From the NCBI GenBank assembly GCA_950097015.1, contig CATNEN010000003.1, positions 2,294,001-2,358,000 of the forward strand: a stretch of DNA of 64,000 nt. The letters run 5' to 3'. The position numbers were made by a program, and so were the translations under genes. The notes beneath the pieces are model-generated. The model worked only from the letters and a program-made list of their open reading frames with translations. It had not been told where the DNA came from and ran no database searches. The stretch comes from Macrostomum hystrix (lineage: Eukaryota; Animalia; Platyhelminthes). The number at the start of each line of letters is the position of its first letter. Position 1 is the stretch's first letter. Positions 60,728 through 64,000 of this stretch are shown here, piece after piece.

Positions 60728-61988
60728 TCTCTCACTGTCTCTCTCCCTCTCTCACCGTCTCTCTCAATCTCTCACCGTCTCTCTCCATCTCTTACTGTCT
60801 CTCTCCCTCTCTCACTGTCTCTCTCCCTCTCTCACCGTCTCTCTCTCCATCTCTTACTGTCTCTCTCCATCTCTCACTGTCTCTCTCCATCTCTCACTGT
60901 CTCTCTCCCTCTCTCACCGTCTCTCTCCATCTCTTACTGTCTCTCTCCCTCTCTCTGTCTCTCTCCCTCTCTCACCGTCTCTCTCCATCTCTTACTGTCT
61001 CTCTCCCTCTCTCACCGTCTCTCTCCATCTCTTACTGTCTCTCTCCATCTCTCACTGTCTCTCTCCATCTCTCACTGTCTCTCTCCATCTCTCACTGTCT
61101 CTCTCCATCTCTCACTGTCTCTCTCAATCTCTCACTGTCTCTCTCCATCTCTCACTGTCTCTCTCCATCTCTCACTGTCTCTCTCAATCTCTCACTGTCT
61201 CTCTCCATCTCTCTCTGTCTCTCTCCATCTCTCACCGTCTCTCTCCATCTCTCACCGTCTCTCTCAATCTCTCACTGTCTCTCTCCATCTCTCACCGTCT
61301 CTCTCCATCTCTCACTGTCTCTCTCCATCTCTCACCGTCTCTCTCCATCTCTCACCGTCTCTCTCAATCTCTCACTGTCTCTCTCCATCTCTCACTGTCT
61401 CTCTCCATCTCTCACTATCTCTCTCCATCTCTCACTGTCTCTCTCCATCTCTCACTATCTCTCTCCCTCTCTCACTGTCTCTCTCCATCACTCACTGTCT
61501 CTCTCCATCTCTCACTATCTCTCTCCATCTCTCACTGTCTCTCTCCATCTCTCACTATCTCTCTCCATCTCTTACTGTCTCTCTCCATCTCTCACTGTCT
61601 CTCTCCATCTCTCACTGTCTCTCTCCATCTCTCACCGTCTCTCTCCATCTCTCACCGTCTCTCTCAATCTCTCACTGTCTCTCTCCATCTCTCACTGTCT
61701 CTCTCCATCTCTCACTGTCTCTCTCCATCTCTCACTGTCTCTCTCCATCTCTCACTGTCTCTCTCCATCTCTCACCGTCTCTCTCCATCTCTCACCGTCT
61801 CTCTCCATCTCTCACTGTCTCTCTCCATCTCTCACTGTCTCTCTCCATCTCTCACTGTCTCTCTCCCTCTCTCACTGTCTCTCTCAATCTCTCACTGTCT
61901 CTCTCCATCTCTCACTGTCTCTCTCCATCTCTCACCGTCTCTCTCCATCTCTCACCGTCTCTCTCCATCTCTCACTGTCTCTCTCCAT
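60728..61988. repeat. Minisatellite, 20 bp unit (ctctccatctctcactgtct)
   Basis: Directly visible. Confidence 0.96.
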
Positions 61989-63274
61989 CAATCATATTTT
62001 CGTTTTCTTCTCTTCTGCAGTCTCCATCATCCCACGCGTTTTTCTGTCTACCTCAACTGTCGTGTTGTCAATAAAATATCCCTAATACTACCCTACTAGT
62101 TTAGGCAAAAATGTCAAACAAGACACTCAACACTAAGCCAGAAGTGCATGAGGTGATCAAATTTCATATTTTAGGAATTATGAAACTTATCACCAACGCA
62201 AAATGAAATTCGTGAGATACACAGCACGATTTGGTTTATTTTATTTCCCGGAAAATGTTTCTCGGTACTTTTCTAACGCTTCGTTCCACTTCCCATGCCA
62301 TTAAACCGCACATTTTTTCTTTGAAAACAAACAGCAAAGTGCCAAATCTTTCGCGAAGACCAGGCAGAAAAAAAGCGGCGAATTCGGAAAATGCCATTCT
62401 GCTTTCCTCGCATGTTTTATCTACTGAAGAATTCTGCTTTCAATTTCAACACACTACCATAAATTTCTGATATCGCGCACTTCATCATAAACTTATCTGC
62501 ATCAAAATTTATAGTGGTAAATATCTTTTTTTCATGTTAAGGATTATTATTATATAAAGCAAGCTATACGAGTATTTAACTCCAAAGTTCAGTTGTGTAA
62601 TAGTCCAATTTTTTTATTGGTCAACGAAGGCTTCCCCGAAAGTTGTTACTATTTTTAGCAAAAAAAATCGATAACGGAATTCCTAATTGCTCGTAATAAC
62701 ACTTGAACTTAATTCTCGTGATTATGAAACAAACTAGAAAAAGCATCTGAGGCATTATAAAAAGAATTGCCAATTTTTAACCGTCAAAGTAATAGTAGAG
62801 CTGGAAAAAGTGAAAAGCATTTGCAAGGAAAGCAGAATGGCATTACTGTAAAAAATCTAACACTAGAAAAAAGCTGGACACCAGCCACTCACTACGGCGT
62901 CTAATGTCGGACGCTTCACAGAACTGAAGAGCCAAGTAAATGCAATGAATTGTCCCCTCGCCCATTGTTGCTAACATAAATGCGACTATTATACTCTGTA
63001 ATACCACACACACTCAACAATGAAAATGGCATCTTTAAAAAATATACCTATTGCTGACACTGTGCGTGACAACATTTGTCAGGAAATATTTTAGTAAATT
63101 TTCATCCGCATCATCTTAGTAAATAAAATTGAATGATGCTGTGTTATGCTGTGTATGTTGGCTTGTTAACTTCGCAAAGTGTTATCATATAACAGCTAGA
63201 ATTCATGCATTTTGCATTCTAATTCATGCTGTCTAATTTTGTTTAAACACTTGTGCTCTCTGTTCTTTTCTATA

Positions 63275-63670
63275 AGTCTTCATCTCACCCTACCAAGTCT
63301 TCATCTCACCCTACCAAGTCTTTACCTTACCCTACCAACTCTTCCTCTCACCCTACCAAGTCTTCATCTCACCTACCAAGTCTTGATCTCACCTACCAAG
63401 TCTTCATCTCACCCTACCAAGTCTTCATCTCACCCTACCAAGTCTTTACCTTACCCTGCCAACTCTTCATCTCAACCTACCAACTCTTTATCTCACGCTA
63501 CCAAGTCTTCATCTCACCCTACCAAGTCTTCATCTCACCCTACCAAGTCTTCATCTCACCCTACCAACTCTTCATCTCACCTACCAACTCTTCATCTCAC
63601 CCTACCAACTCTTCATCTCACCCTACCAAGTCTTCATCTCACCTACCAACTCTACATCTCACCCTAACAA
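63275..63670. repeat. Minisatellite, 20-21 bp unit (ctaccaagtcttcatctcacc)
   Basis: Directly visible. Confidence 0.94.
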
Positions 63671-64000
63671 GTCTTCCTCGTCCAAACGCCCTGTATTTTG
63701 TCTGTCAACAAAAAATATATTTTTATTACTCTTTAATCCTAATATCAATGTTTTCCTCTATCATTCTAACTTCCCTAGTTCCCGCTGACCAAAGTAATTC
63801 AGCTGCACTTTTAAAAATTATTCTCACCTTTAGCAAAAAAAGGAAAAAAGGGGTTGCCAAAATAGTAAGGCTAGTAACGAAGCCATCTACTAGAAGCAGA
63901 AGCCACTAAGGCCGCGAACGGTAACTTAGCAGGAATCGAATTTCTATATTTTAGTGTTCGTGTTTTTGCACCGCTTTCGATTTATCTTCAAGCCTAAGAC

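Noticed and set aside
1560-63670. Regular repeat arrays as possible CRISPR arrays
   Set aside because: No unique spacers and no cas genes, and the context is eukaryotic introns.
54600-64000. Upstream protocadherin exons or another gene
   Set aside because: No cadherin motifs or credible spliced coding segments were recognised. This is probably a large intron, though short exons could have been missed by eye.

Overview
Eukaryotic (animal) genomic DNA with spliceosomal GT-AG introns and roughly half of the window made of tandem repeats. The style suggests an invertebrate such as a Macrostomum-like flatworm, but this is an unverified impression. Four spliced genes can be built by hand with consistent exon phases. 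(1) The 3' part of a TRPC/TRP-gamma-type channel gene on + (9 exons, 1168-30449). (2) A complete 8-exon, about 422-aa type-I membrane protein on -, nested inside the fourth visible TRPC intron (17057-21718), with signal peptide, MNNL/C2-like domain, compact DSL-like domain, no EGF repeats, a TM helix and a Tyr/Pro-motif tail. It looks like an atypical Delta/Serrate-like protein, and the ORF track shows it only in fragments. (3) A PP2C/pyruvate-dehydrogenase-phosphatase-like gene on - that has lost most metal-binding aspartates (candidate pseudophosphatase). (4) The 3' part of a delta-protocadherin-like gene on - (43309-53328). Mobile DNA includes a fully delimited non-autonomous Helitron carrying a PIF1-helicase fragment and a nested hAT-like MITE, two tRNA-derived SINE families, and one unclassified dispersed repeat. 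The most striking structural pattern is that most larger introns carry their own private minisatellite next to a splice site. Several units contain splice-site-like motifs, and in at least one intron the 5' and 3' arrays are mutually complementary. Most long ORFs in the track are repeat artefacts.
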